The position numbers were made by a program, and so were the translations under genes. Below are positions 35,694-45,421 of a stretch of 64,000 nt of DNA, piece after piece. The notes beneath the pieces are model-generated. The model saw only the letters and a program-made list of their open reading frames with translations. It searched no databases and had not been told where the DNA came from. The first letter of the stretch is position 1. Every line of letters begins with the position of its first letter. Source of the DNA: an uncultured Ignavibacteriaceae bacterium (GTDB taxonomy: Bacteria > Bacteroidota > Ignavibacteria > Ignavibacteriales > Ignavibacteriaceae). The DNA is taken from the NCBI GenBank assembly GCA_964391015.1, contig CAYMKU010000001.1, forward strand, positions 148,805 through 212,804, in the 5' to 3' direction.

Positions 35694-37244
35694 TTACAAA
35701 CTTTTCTTAAATGTTGGTAAAAATTCATCTGCCGCTTTCTTAATTTTCTCTGTGGTCCGCAGACTTAAATCTTTTTCTTTTTTAATTGTTTCGAGAATAT
35801 CATTGTGCTTTACTTCAAAATACTCTAGCGCTTCCTTCTCAAATCTTTTTACGTCATGAATTGATATAGTTTCAAGATAACTATTTGTTCCGAGAAAGAT
35901 ACTTACTACTTGTCTTTCAACTCCAACTGGGGAGTACTGCCCTTGTTTTAATAACTCAACTAATCTTGCTCCTTTGGCAAGAGTTTTTAATGTTGATTTA
36001 TCCAAATCCGAACCAAACTTAGCAAATGCTTCAAGCTCTCGATATTGTGCAAGATCAAGTTTAAGTGTTCCAGCAACTTTTTTCATTGCTTTGATCTGTG
36101 CATTTCCACCTACTCTTGATACCGAGATACCAACGTTGATTGCTGGACGAACGCCTGCATTGAATAGACTAGATTCAAGATAAATCTGTCCATCAGTAAT
36201 TGAAATAACATTTGTCGGAATGTAAGCAGCAACGTCGCCTTGTTGAGTTTCTATAATAGGCAAAGCAGTCAAACTCCCGCCGCCAAGATCTTCGCTTAAT
36301 TTTGATGCCCGCTCAAGCAATCGTGAATGCAAATAGAAAACATCACCAGGATAAGCTTCACGTCCTGGTGGTCTTCTAAGAAGTAACGACAATTCACGGT
36401 ATGCGGCAGCTTGTTTAGAAAGATCATCATAAATAACCAACGCATGCCTTCCGTTATCTCTAAAATATTCACCAAGAGTTGCACCGCAATAGGGGGCAAT
36501 AAATTGAAGCGGTGAAGGTTCCGAAGCAGATGCAGAAATTACAGTTGTGTAGCCCATCGCACCATGTTCATGAAGTTTTGCTACAACTTGTGCAATTGTA
36601 GAACTCTTTTGTCCAATTGCAACATAAACACAATAAACAGGTTTAATTCCAAGATTTTTTGCTTCTTCTGAATGAGTATATTTTTGGTTGATTATTGTGT
36701 CAATTGCAACTGCAGTTTTACCAGTTTGTCTGTCACCAATAATGAGCTCTCTCTGGCCACGACCAATCGGAATCATTGCATCAATAGCAGTAATTCCTGT
36801 TTGAAGTGGTTCTTTAACCGGCTGTCGTTGAATTACTCCCAATGCCTTTCTTTCAATCGGCAAGAATTGTTTTGTGTTTATCGGACCTTTACCATCAACC
36901 GGCAATCCAAGCGGAGTAATAACCCGTCCGAGCATTTCTTCACCAACTGGTAACGATGCAACCCGTTTAGTTCTTTTAACTAAATCACCTTCTTTAACTA
37001 AAGATGAGTCCCCAAAAAGGACACAACCAACACTGTCTTCTTCCAAATTCAAAACCATTCCAAAAACGTCATTCGGAAATTCAACGAGTTCGCTTGCCAT
37101 AACTTGAGATAAGCCATAGACTCGTGCAATCCCATCTCCTACTTGTAGGACAGTGCCAACTTCGTAAATATCAGTTTCACTTTCAAACCCCGAGAGTTGT
37201 TTTCTTAAGATTGCAGTTACTTCGTCTGGTCGCACTTCAGCCAT
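35694..37244 (-). CDS. atpA: F-type ATP synthase subunit alpha
   Basis: Walker [10 protein letters not shown] and alpha-subunit conservation throughout. Confidence 0.95.
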   Translation of the reverse strand: MAEVRPDEVTAILRKQLSGFESETDIYEVGTVLQVGDGIARVYGLSQVMASELVEFPNDVFGMVLNLEEDSVGCVLFGDSSLVKEGDLVKRTKRVASLPVGEEMLGRVITPLGLPVDGKGPINTKQFLPIERKALGVIQRQPVKEPLQTGITAIDAMIPIGRGQRELIIGDRQTGKTAVAIDTIINQKYTHSEEAKNLGIKPVYCVYVAIGQKSSTIAQVVAKLHEHGAMGYTTVISASASEPSPLQFIAPYCGATLGEYFRDNGRHALVIYDDLSKQAAAYRELSLLLRRPPGREAYPGDVFYLHSRLLERASKLSEDLGGGSLTALPIIETQQGDVAAYIPTNVISITDGQIYLESSLFNAGVRPAINVGISVSRVGGNAQIKAMKKVAGTLKLDLAQYRELEAFAKFGSDLDKSTLKTLAKGARLVELLKQGQYSPVGVERQVVSIFLGTNSYLETISIHDVKRFEKEALEYFEVKHNDILETIKKEKDLSLRTTEKIKKAADEFLPTFKKSL

Positions 37245-37271
37245 AATTTTTTCCTTACTAATTTCTAAATC

Positions 37272-37820
37272 TTATAACGGATTTGCTTCAACTAATTGCT
37301 TTCTCAGTAAATCCAATTGATGTTTAATTGATGCATTGTAAACTGTATCGCCTGCCTGAACAATAAACCCACCGAGGATACTATTATTTATTTGATAATT
37401 CATTCTTACTTTTTTCTTGAGCATATTTTGTAGTCTATTCTGAAGATCCTTTTTTTGCGAATCTGTAAATTCAGAGGCAACTAGTACATTAACATTTACA
37501 AATCCTAGTTTCATATCTCTAAGCTCTATAAATTTTTCAATTATACTAGTGAGAATTTCTTCGCGTTTTTTCTTCACAACAAATAAAAGAAAATCCATCG
37601 TTTCAGAATTGATTTTATTCTTGAATATTTCTTCAATTATGGAAGACTTTAATTCCGTTCTTATGACAGGGTTTTCAAGCATTCTGCTAAGATTCGGATT
37701 TTGTTTTAAAACAGAAGAAACAAGCTCAACATCATTAGAGATTGCATCAAGCATATTCTTTTGAACCGACAATTCCAAAAGCGATGATGCATATCGTGCA
37801 GATACTCTTTGTTCAGCCAT
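37272..37820 (-). CDS. atpH: F-type ATP synthase subunit delta (OSCP)
   Basis: RYASSLLELS N-terminus, 182 aa, positioned between atpF and atpA. Confidence 0.85.
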   Translation of the reverse strand: MAEQRVSARYASSLLELSVQKNMLDAISNDVELVSSVLKQNPNLSRMLENPVIRTELKSSIIEEIFKNKINSETMDFLLFVVKKKREEILTSIIEKFIELRDMKLGFVNVNVLVASEFTDSQKKDLQNRLQNMLKKKVRMNYQINNSILGGFIVQAGDTVYNASIKHQLDLLRKQLVEANPL

Positions 37821-37822
37821 GC

Positions 37823-38362
37823 TTAGTTCTTGGATATCTCGTTAATGTATTTATCTGCAATTTTTTTGTGAATATTTGGGTCTACTGTTTCGCCTAATAC
37901 TTTTTCGGTAGTTTGTATTACCAAATCAGCAATCTGTGATTTAAGTTCACCAAAAGCAGCTTCTTTCTTTCTCTCAATTTCTGCAGAAGCTTCGCTCAAC
38001 ATTTTCTGACCTTGCTCTTTGCTTTCCTTAAGCATTTGTTCTTTTAATCTCTCAGCATAGATTCTTGCTTGCTCAATTATCTTTTTTGATTCTTCTTCCG
38101 CTTTGATCAAGTTTGCTTGGTTTTCAAAAAGTATTTTTTGTGCTTCTTCCTTGGCTTTTTCTGCTCTTTCCAAAGATTCTTTAATTGCAGTTTCCCTCTG
38201 ATCCAAAGCAGTTAAAATGGGTTCCCATGCAATCTTTTTAAGTATTACCAAGAGTAATAAAAAAGTGATAAAAGTCCAGAAAATAAGCCCTGGATTAATA
38301 TCGATTAAGCTGCCACCACCTTCAGAACTTAAAGCCAGTAGCACAAGTGTCGCTGCAAGCAT
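37823..38362 (-). CDS. atpF: F-type ATP synthase subunit b
   Basis: Single N-terminal TM helix followed by a long charged coiled coil. Operon position agrees. Confidence 0.85.
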   Translation of the reverse strand: MLAATLVLLALSSEGGGSLIDINPGLIFWTFITFLLLLVILKKIAWEPILTALDQRETAIKESLERAEKAKEEAQKILFENQANLIKAEEESKKIIEQARIYAERLKEQMLKESKEQGQKMLSEASAEIERKKEAAFGELKSQIADLVIQTTEKVLGETVDPNIHKKIADKYINEISKN

Positions 38363-38392
38363 GATTGGTTACCTTTAATTTTAAAAAGTTGA

Positions 38393-38614
38393 TTACGCTT
38401 TAACTGCTAAAAGAATACATACCACCAACGCAAAGAAGGCAACACCTTCGATAAGTGCTGCAGCAATAATCATTGCAGTTCTAATTGGACCGGCTGCTTC
38501 AGGTTGTCTTCCCATTGACTCTAACGCTGAGCTTGCAAGTTTTCCAATTCCTAATCCAGCTCCTATTACTGCTATGCCTGCGCCAATTCCTGCTCCTAAG
38601 AATCCTAAATCCAT
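38393..38614 (-). CDS. atpE: F-type ATP synthase subunit c
   Basis: Hairpin of two Gly/Ala-rich helices, an RQPE loop, and the carboxylate in ALIEGVAFF. Confidence 0.95.
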   Translation of the reverse strand: MDLGFLGAGIGAGIAVIGAGLGIGKLASSALESMGRQPEAAGPIRTAMIIAAALIEGVAFFALVVCILLAVKA

Positions 38615-38645
38615 TTTATTTATACTCCTTTTTTAATAATAATGA

Positions 38646-39488
38646 TTAATGATCTTGATGAATTGCCATCCCAATAAATAATGAGGATAACATTGTAAAA
38701 ATATATGCTTGAATTAGTGCAACTAAAAGTTCCAGAAAATAAATAAACAACGCGAAGCCAATAGATACCGGAGCTATAAAGTATGTTTTCATGATAAAAA
38801 TCAATCCTATAAGAGATAGGATTACCACGTGCCCGGCTGTCATGTTAGCAAAAAGACGAATACATAATGCAAAAGGTTTGGTAAATAATCCAAAAATTTC
38901 AACAAGTACAATCAGTGGCAATAAAGCAACAGGCATTCCGGGAGGAATTAGTCCTTTAAAGTATCCGATTGGTCCATGATGAATAATTCCGCCAATTTGT
39001 GTTGCAATAAAAGTTAAACCAGCTAAAGTGGCTGTAACAGCAATGTTGCTTGTGACAGTAGCTGTCCACGGAATTAAACCAATTAAGTTGCTAAACAGAA
39101 TGAAAAAAAAAGCTGTTAGCAAATAAGGTAAAAACTTTTCATAACCATGCCCAATTGAAGGTTTCACAACCTCATCACGAACAAATAGTATTATTGTCTC
39201 AATTAAATTTGAGAATCCGTGGGGAATTAGCGATTTTTTGTAGGTTTTTGAAACTAATAAAAAAGTCAAGATCAATAATGCAGCAACCACCCAAATAAAA
39301 ACCACGTGACGCGTTATTGAAATATCCAATCCGAATAATTGAAGGTGTGGAAGATAAACTTTCCCAACTGGAGGAAAATCAAGGTAATTTCCATCCATAA
39401 CATGATGCAATATCCAGTCCCCACCGCTGCCAGAGTGTTTCGTGGTTTCTTGAGTCAGCGCATCTGTAAAATCAGAGCTAAAAAACAT
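38646..39488 (-). CDS. atpB: F-type ATP synthase subunit a
   Basis: Polytopic membrane protein with the conserved RLFANM stator arginine. Confidence 0.9.
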   Translation of the reverse strand: MFFSSDFTDALTQETTKHSGSGGDWILHHVMDGNYLDFPPVGKVYLPHLQLFGLDISITRHVVFIWVVAALLILTFLLVSKTYKKSLIPHGFSNLIETIILFVRDEVVKPSIGHGYEKFLPYLLTAFFFILFSNLIGLIPWTATVTSNIAVTATLAGLTFIATQIGGIIHHGPIGYFKGLIPPGMPVALLPLIVLVEIFGLFTKPFALCIRLFANMTAGHVVILSLIGLIFIMKTYFIAPVSIGFALFIYFLELLVALIQAYIFTMLSSLFIGMAIHQDH

Positions 39489-39497
39489 TAAAATTGC

Positions 39498-39875
39498 TTA
39501 ATTTTGATTAAGATTAAGGTAAATGATCTCTGTAATTAAGTAAAAAATGTAAAAAAATAGGATTGAAAATATAAAACTTATCCGATTTAATTCCAAAAAA
39601 ACAAGTGTTAAAACCAATAAAATCAGAGTTAAAAATAACCTAACTACAATACCACCAAATATTCTTCGGAAAAATATTTTTTCAGGTTTGTTTATTCCAC
39701 TTTTAATTGAAATAATTCCAATTACAGCGTTAAAAGAAGTGATTAGTCCCGCAGTAATTATTGATTTAAAATATTCTTTCGAGAGAATATTTGTGAAGTA
39801 GAAGAGGGTTATGATTAAAAAAATTGTTGCAGTTAAAGTAGATGTGATAAGAAAAAATTTTTTATGGGATGTCAT
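39498..39875 (-). CDS. ATP synthase protein I-like small membrane protein
   Basis: 125 aa with four hydrophobic helices, immediately upstream of atpB. Confidence 0.5.
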   Translation of the reverse strand: MTSHKKFFLITSTLTATIFLIITLFYFTNILSKEYFKSIITAGLITSFNAVIGIISIKSGINKPEKIFFRRIFGGIVVRLFLTLILLVLTLVFLELNRISFIFSILFFYIFYLITEIIYLNLNQN

Positions 39876-40108
39876 TTATCATGTTTCATAACCGACTTAA
39901 TAAAATGATACATCCCCGTAAAAACTCCAAGAAGTGAAAAAGTTAATGTTAAGTACGGAGAAGTCTCACATTTTCCATCAAGCCAAATACCAAAAAATGC
40001 CATTAACGCAATAGTAGCTGCAAGCTGAATACCTAAACCAAGGTAGGGAGCATAATCTTTAAAAAGATCAGAATTTAAGGGATTTCTATCTTTCCCCTCA
40101 TTAATCAT
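39872..40108 (-). CDS. AtpZ/AtpI-family small membrane protein
   Basis: 78 aa. APYLGLGIQLAATIALMAFFGIWLDGK resembles the ATPase_gene1 family. 4-nt overlap with the downstream gene. Confidence 0.6.
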   Translation of the reverse strand: MINEGKDRNPLNSDLFKDYAPYLGLGIQLAATIALMAFFGIWLDGKCETSPYLTLTFSLLGVFTGMYHFIKSVMKHDK

Positions 40109-40496
40109 CGTTAATCAAGGATGAGCCGGTCGCTGTAAAAGTTGAACCTTTATCAGACATTTTACTATTTCCGTCGAATATTGCTCCAGCTTCGACAACC
40201 AGAATTTTTGTTATTATATCACCCTGAAGTGCAGCTTTAGATTCAAGCACAGCTTTTTCTTTAGCAATAATGCTACCCAAAACTCTGCCTCCAATACTTA
40301 TTACTTCGGCTTTAATTTCGCCTGTTATTTCTCCAGATTCACCAACAGTAACATTTCCATTCGCAGTTATATCTCCATTAATTGATCCATCAACTCTTAT
40401 GTTACCATTGCTCGATAGCTTACCTTCTAATACTACTCCCGCCCCAATTATAGTTACTTCATCTTTACCAATGTTTTCATTTTTATATTTCATCAA
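40101..40496 (-). CDS. bactofilin
   Basis: Repetitive beta-helix pattern (IIGAGVVLEGKLSSNGNIRVDGSINGDITANGNVTVGESGEITGEIKAEVISIGGRVLGSI...). 131 aa. Confidence 0.85.
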   Translation of the reverse strand: MMKYKNENIGKDEVTIIGAGVVLEGKLSSNGNIRVDGSINGDITANGNVTVGESGEITGEIKAEVISIGGRVLGSIIAKEKAVLESKAALQGDIITKILVVEAGAIFDGNSKMSDKGSTFTATGSSLINDD

Positions 40497-40510
40497 TTTA
40501 ATTCTCCTTA

Positions 40511-41344
40511 TTAATTAATAATAAATAGCTTTTCAGGATTTACTGGTTGACCATATTTCCAAATTTCAAAATGAAGATGCGGACCATGTGACTTATTTCC
40601 TGTATTCCCGCTAAGCGCTATCATTTCGTTCTGAACGATCTCTTCTCTTTTTTGCTTCAAGAGGGATGCGCAATGTTTGTACACCGAAATATAATCATTT
40701 GGATGAATAATTATAATCATATAGCCATCATCCACAGTAAAATCTGAAAACACAACAAAGCCACTGGCTGCCGCATAAACTGGTGTTCCGTTTTTGGCAA
40801 CTATATCTATACCAAAATGACCTTGTTCGGGATTAAATTCTTGACTGATGAAACCATTGATGGGTCGTGTAAAAAAATTATCATTTTTGCTGTGTGAAAA
40901 AATTTTATTCCACAAATCTCGAAAAATTAGTAGAATATTCCCCTGGATTTTTGTTTTTAGCTTTTTATTATGATTTTCTAAGGAATCATGTTCCAAAATT
41001 AACAAGCTTGAGTCCCCAAGCATTATGGCATACTTTAATCGTTCATTTGTTGTTTTTAATTTTTCAATTTCTCGAGAAAGAAAAAGTATTTTCTTATTTA
41101 GTTCAAGGATTTTTACTTGTTCATCTTTCTGATAAAAATTTTTATTTAGAGGCATTAAATTGATAATAAGAAAACCGGCGACAAACATTAAAAGTGAGTA
41201 GAGAAATAAACTAATTAACATTTTTTTTGCTGATACATTGAACTGCAAGCTTTCGGACGAAGATTTGTCAGAAGAAGTAATAATAAGAAAGTTTTTAATA
41301 TTTCTAAAATCTTTAAATTTCAATTTAATATTATATCGGGGCAA
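40511..41344 (-). CDS. M23-family (LytM-type) peptidoglycan metalloendopeptidase with TM anchor and coiled coil
   Basis: HFGIDI and GNTGNKSHGPHLHFEI zinc-ligand motifs. N-terminal TM helix and a coiled-coil stretch. Confidence 0.85.
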   Translation of the reverse strand: MPRYNIKLKFKDFRNIKNFLIITSSDKSSSESLQFNVSAKKMLISLFLYSLLMFVAGFLIINLMPLNKNFYQKDEQVKILELNKKILFLSREIEKLKTTNERLKYAIMLGDSSLLILEHDSLENHNKKLKTKIQGNILLIFRDLWNKIFSHSKNDNFFTRPINGFISQEFNPEQGHFGIDIVAKNGTPVYAAASGFVVFSDFTVDDGYMIIIIHPNDYISVYKHCASLLKQKREEIVQNEMIALSGNTGNKSHGPHLHFEIWKYGQPVNPEKLFIIN

Positions 41345-41980
41345 TTATTTATACTTATTGGTCAATTCTTCAAACTTAATTTTACCTTCACGTATTAATT
41401 TCATTTCCGGTCCTGTCAGATCTATTAAGGTAGATGCTTTACTAAAATACTTTTTATTAGAGTAAAAAATTCCTGAAACCTCTGATGAGAATTCTTGTTG
41501 AATGATCTCTGGATGATTAATAGGCAGAGAATCCGATCTATTGACACTGGTTGAAATTACCGGCATTTTTAATTCTGCTGCCAGTCTCTGGCAAAAACGG
41601 TGGTTCGGTATCCGAAATGCTGATGTATTGCTCTTCAAGATTCCGCTTGTCTTTTTATTCAAATTCAGTATAACTGAAATCGGATTAGGCCATATTGAAA
41701 GAAGAAAATCTAAATGCTTTTCAGAGTTAAGCTCAACATATCCGGAAAGTGTTTCTATACTATCAATCAATAATATATAACTCTTTCCTTCTTTCCTCCC
41801 CTTTATTTCATTAACTTTATCAAGCGCATCTTCATTAAAGGGATTCGCTCCTAAACCATAAATAGTATCTGTTGGATAAACAAATACCCCCCCCTCAAGA
41901 TAAATCTTTTTTGCTTTGAGGATCGAGTTTTCAAAATCATCTTCAATGCAGATGAAATCTATTTCTTTAGCTCTGATCAC
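41345..41980 (-). CDS. tsaC: L-threonylcarbamoyladenylate synthase (TsaC/YrdC family)
   Basis: YPTDTIYGLGANP, SANRS-like SVNRS. 211 aa. Confidence 0.8.
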   Translation of the reverse strand: MIRAKEIDFICIEDDFENSILKAKKIYLEGGVFVYPTDTIYGLGANPFNEDALDKVNEIKGRKEGKSYILLIDSIETLSGYVELNSEKHLDFLLSIWPNPISVILNLNKKTSGILKSNTSAFRIPNHRFCQRLAAELKMPVISTSVNRSDSLPINHPEIIQQEFSSEVSGIFYSNKKYFSKASTLIDLTGPEMKLIREGKIKFEELTNKYK

Positions 41981-42992
41981 TTAGCATCTTTTCCATTTTC
42001 GAAATAATAATTTGAGGTTTTAACTTTTCTCCGCAATCAAATATTTTTATGGGACATATTTCATAGCCATGAATTCCACATGGTTTACATTTTAAATCAT
42101 CATAACTAATGTACGAACTTTTTTTATTATACGGATAAAAACCAAATTCTGGTATGGTAGAGCAGTAAATAGTCAAAACGGGAATATTTGCACAAACTCC
42201 CAAATGTGTAGGGGCACTATCATTCGTCAACAGAAGATTGGCAATTTTTAGAAGTTGAATAGTTTCGGTAATAGAAAATTTACCGGCAGTTGAAAAAACA
42301 TTATTAACATAACCTCGCGCAAGTCGCTCACATAATTCCTTATCTGCGTCACTGCCAATCACCAAAACATTATACGAAAGCTTTGTGAAATGCTTGATCA
42401 CTTCGTATAAATATTTCTCAGGATATTTTTTTGTTTTCCAAATACTTCCAGGTGCTATTGCAATTACTTTATCATTAAGATTATTTAATGATATGTACTC
42501 ATCTATTTTCTTAATAGATGATTCTTCAATTTTTATATGGGGAATTATTCGCCAGTTTTCGGAAGTATATTCATAACCAATTAAATCCAGATTTCGCTGG
42601 ACTTCATGAATATCGGATTTATATTCCACCACATTTTTATATGTGTGAAATAATGCTGAGTTGGAAAAACCATATGTCTCGCGAACACCTGACTGCATTA
42701 CAATAAAAGTAGTACGGAAAGATTTATGTGGTGAAAATATCTTTGTATAATTACGTTTTTTAATATCACTGGCAAATGCATAAATCTGATAAAGCGATTT
42801 GTGCGATTTTTTTTTATCCATTACCAATACTTCACTTACAAATGGTGAACTAGAAAAAATTTCCTCAGTTGTAGGTATACATAATACATCAATTTCACTG
42901 GATTGAAATTTTTCTTTCAGTTTTTCAATCATCGGCAATGTTAAAACAGCATCACCAATAAAAGCTGTCTGTATTACTAATATTCTATCCAT
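41967..42992 (-). CDS. glycosyltransferase family 9 (LPS heptosyltransferase-like)
   Basis: ILVIQTAFIGDAVLTLP N-terminus and the TNDSAPTHLG motif. Confidence 0.8.
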   Translation of the reverse strand: MDRILVIQTAFIGDAVLTLPMIEKLKEKFQSSEIDVLCIPTTEEIFSSSPFVSEVLVMDKKKSHKSLYQIYAFASDIKKRNYTKIFSPHKSFRTTFIVMQSGVRETYGFSNSALFHTYKNVVEYKSDIHEVQRNLDLIGYEYTSENWRIIPHIKIEESSIKKIDEYISLNNLNDKVIAIAPGSIWKTKKYPEKYLYEVIKHFTKLSYNVLVIGSDADKELCERLARGYVNNVFSTAGKFSITETIQLLKIANLLLTNDSAPTHLGVCANIPVLTIYCSTIPEFGFYPYNKKSSYISYDDLKCKPCGIHGYEICPIKIFDCGEKLKPQIIISKMEKMLSDQS

Positions 42993-42995
42993 TTT

Positions 42996-43865
42996 TTAGT
43001 ATTTCCAAAAATTATGCATCCATAACCATTGCTCAGGATTCTTTCTTATTGCAGCTTCTAAAACTACCATATGTCTTTGGCTTACTTCTCTTACTTGTTC
43101 TTCTTCACCTTCAGGAAGATTTTGCAGGCTTATTTCGGATATTTGTGTTACATAAGTATTATCCGGTTGCCTAACAGTTATTCCATACAGAATTGGTACC
43201 TTGGTTTTAATTGCTAATTGAGCTGGCCCAGGATAAATCGAGGACTGCCTTCCAAAAAAATTCACACGCAACCCATCGGACGGACCTCTTTGGTCAGCAA
43301 CCATAGCAATAATATTTTTTTCTTTTAATTCTGAATAAATTTTCCTTATTGAAACACCTAAAGGAACAATTTTATTAATCCATCTAGTCCGCGCACGATT
43401 AAGATAAGCATCCACATAAGGATTTCTTTGTGATTTAACCACCACATGAAATGGAATATTAATTTTAGTGCTTACGGACAGGGCAATATACTCCCAGTTC
43501 CCAAAGTGTCCAGATAATACAATCAATCCCTTCTTTTGATTATAATAATCTTTAACTAATTCAGCATTTTTGCATACTACTGCATTTTCAATCTGCTTCT
43601 TTGTCATAAACGGAATAAATAAAATTTCAATCAAAGTTATAGAAAAACTTTTATAGCTTCCAAAAGCAATTTTTTTTATTTCGCTATCGGAATATTCAGG
43701 GAACGCTATCCGAAGATTCTTTAGTGTTACTTGTTTGCGAATTGGAATTACATAAAAAAATATGACAGCAATTACTATTGATAAGCGCCTCGAAAAAGGT
43801 AATCCTAAAATTCTTACAACTCCAGCAAGGATTAGAAAAAGAATAAATTCTAAAATATTCTTCAT
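42996..43865 (-). CDS. lipid A biosynthesis (LpxL/HtrB-type) lysophospholipid acyltransferase
   Basis: N-terminal TM helix, the HFGNWE catalytic motif, and 289 aa. Confidence 0.8.
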   Translation of the reverse strand: MKNILEFILFLILAGVVRILGLPFSRRLSIVIAVIFFYVIPIRKQVTLKNLRIAFPEYSDSEIKKIAFGSYKSFSITLIEILFIPFMTKKQIENAVVCKNAELVKDYYNQKKGLIVLSGHFGNWEYIALSVSTKINIPFHVVVKSQRNPYVDAYLNRARTRWINKIVPLGVSIRKIYSELKEKNIIAMVADQRGPSDGLRVNFFGRQSSIYPGPAQLAIKTKVPILYGITVRQPDNTYVTQISEISLQNLPEGEEEQVREVSQRHMVVLEAAIRKNPEQWLWMHNFWKY

Positions 43866-43973
43866 TATAGGATGGAAAGTTTTATTAGTCGAATAAAATG
43901 TTTTTTCCGGCTCAAAACTAATTATTTGGTTGGTATTCTAATAATCGAAATATACAATGCCACTTTAAGAAAA

Positions 43974-45353
43974 TTAAAAACTGCTTATCCTCCTCGACCA
44001 GTTATCATCGCGAAGTTCACCCCGAAGGGTTGAATGTAAAAGTGTATAGTCAGAAAATCCTGTCAGATCGCCAAATACAAAAATTACTCCACCTTCCAAC
44101 TCATTATAGTACCAAATTTCGTACGGTTTCGTGTCAACTTGATTTGGATAACGTTCAATTTCACTTGGCTCACCATAAATAATAAAAACTCTTCCACGAT
44201 CCGATTTCCACCCCACCCGGGAAAGCGAACCGTATCTTTGGTTACTTAAGTTAATTCTAATCAAATAATTTTTGTAGTACTCATTCTCAGTCGTCGATAA
44301 ATCATTATCCTTATCTTTCCAAAAGTTATATAAAAATTCCCTCTTTCCTTCAACACTATTTATCTTCTTGAACTTTTCAACCTCCACTGCTGAAGCAATA
44401 TATTTCGATTTATCAAACAGATCGTCAAGTTCTTCATCAGACATGACTCCAAACTCGCTTGCTAAAACACCAGATGTTTGTCCTGAAACAGTATCAACAG
44501 CGCTTGTTGACGGATTATAGACGTAAAATTTCTTTGTAGAAGATACACCGTAATTTGAAGCACTATCTATTAGCGCAAGTACAAAGGTATAAGTATCCGT
44601 TGGAAATTTATTTACTATAATCGAACCGACTTCTACTTTTGACTCATAATTTCTGCTAACAGGTCTCGATTTAGAAAGCACGGCTTTGTCTTTGCTATTA
44701 TAAACTGTAGAAATAAGTTTAAGCGGTTCTGCAGTTTTTCCCTTAAGCAAATTATATAATTCCGAATAATAAAAAACAACTGGTTGACTTTCCCCAAAAA
44801 CAGAATTCGGGATAGGATAAATTTCCATACTGTTTTTGTAAAAAATTGATTCTTTGTTAGGGCTATCCTGAATAATTCTTGAGGCAAGCTGGATATCACT
44901 AATTGAAATATTTTCAGAGATGAATCTTTTTACTGTTATATATTCAGTAAACTCTTTTCGATTCCTTTCATTTTTAGTATCTCTGCCACCTATCATACAT
45001 TTATATGTTGCGTGCGGAACAATAAACCCTACTACTCCGATAAGATATTTACTCCCAGTTGCAACTGAATCAACTACTTGATGAGAAACTCTCCATTCCT
45101 TTTCAACAATTTTTTGATGGGATATCGTATCCTCAACCAAAATTGAGAGAATACCCTCAACAACCTGGACAGAATCAGATGCGAATATACTCATTGAGTT
45201 TTGGTTAAAAGAATAATAGAATTCTACATAATTTGAACTGGAGTCATAGCCGAATTGAGCGTAGTCGAATTCAAAAAGATTTTGAGACTTCCCAGAAGAA
45301 AAATAAAGTAGAGTAAAAATTAAAATAAGCTGGATAGGCGTTAATAACTTCAT
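43974..45353 (-). CDS. GWxTD-domain protein (secreted)
   Basis: C-terminal VGWKSDRGRVFIIYGEPSEIERYP. I trimmed the start to MKLLTPIQLILIF... (45353) because the 21 extra codons of the ORF-track call contain the terminator hairpin of the upstream gene. Confidence 0.75.
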   Translation of the reverse strand: MKLLTPIQLILIFTLLYFSSGKSQNLFEFDYAQFGYDSSSNYVEFYYSFNQNSMSIFASDSVQVVEGILSILVEDTISHQKIVEKEWRVSHQVVDSVATGSKYLIGVVGFIVPHATYKCMIGGRDTKNERNRKEFTEYITVKRFISENISISDIQLASRIIQDSPNKESIFYKNSMEIYPIPNSVFGESQPVVFYYSELYNLLKGKTAEPLKLISTVYNSKDKAVLSKSRPVSRNYESKVEVGSIIVNKFPTDTYTFVLALIDSASNYGVSSTKKFYVYNPSTSAVDTVSGQTSGVLASEFGVMSDEELDDLFDKSKYIASAVEVEKFKKINSVEGKREFLYNFWKDKDNDLSTTENEYYKNYLIRINLSNQRYGSLSRVGWKSDRGRVFIIYGEPSEIERYPNQVDTKPYEIWYYNELEGGVIFVFGDLTGFSDYTLLHSTLRGELRDDNWSRRISSF

Positions 45354-45373
45354 AATGACCTCAAATAAAAAAC

Positions 45374-45402
45374 AAAGGCGTCTCAGATGTGAAGACGCCT
45401 TT
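45374..45402 (-). terminator. rho-independent terminator after the PorV-like gene
   Basis: Minus strand reads AAAGGCGTCT-tcacatctg-AGACGCCTTTGTTTTTTATTT. Confidence 0.75.
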
Positions 45403-45421
45403 AAGAGAATAAACAAAATAG

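Noticed and set aside
38393-38614. Na+-translocating c-subunit
   Set aside because: The ion-binding helix reads ALIEGVAFF. The residue after the carboxylate is Gly rather than the Ser/Thr of the Na+ signature, and no downstream Tyr is in register. It looks like an ordinary H+-type c-subunit.
45354-45416. 21-codon N-terminal extension of the GWxTD ORF (MFILLKASSHLRRLCFLFEVI)
   Set aside because: This stretch coincides with the terminator hairpin and T-run of the upstream PorV-like gene. The next Met begins a proper signal peptide (MKLLTPIQLILIF...).
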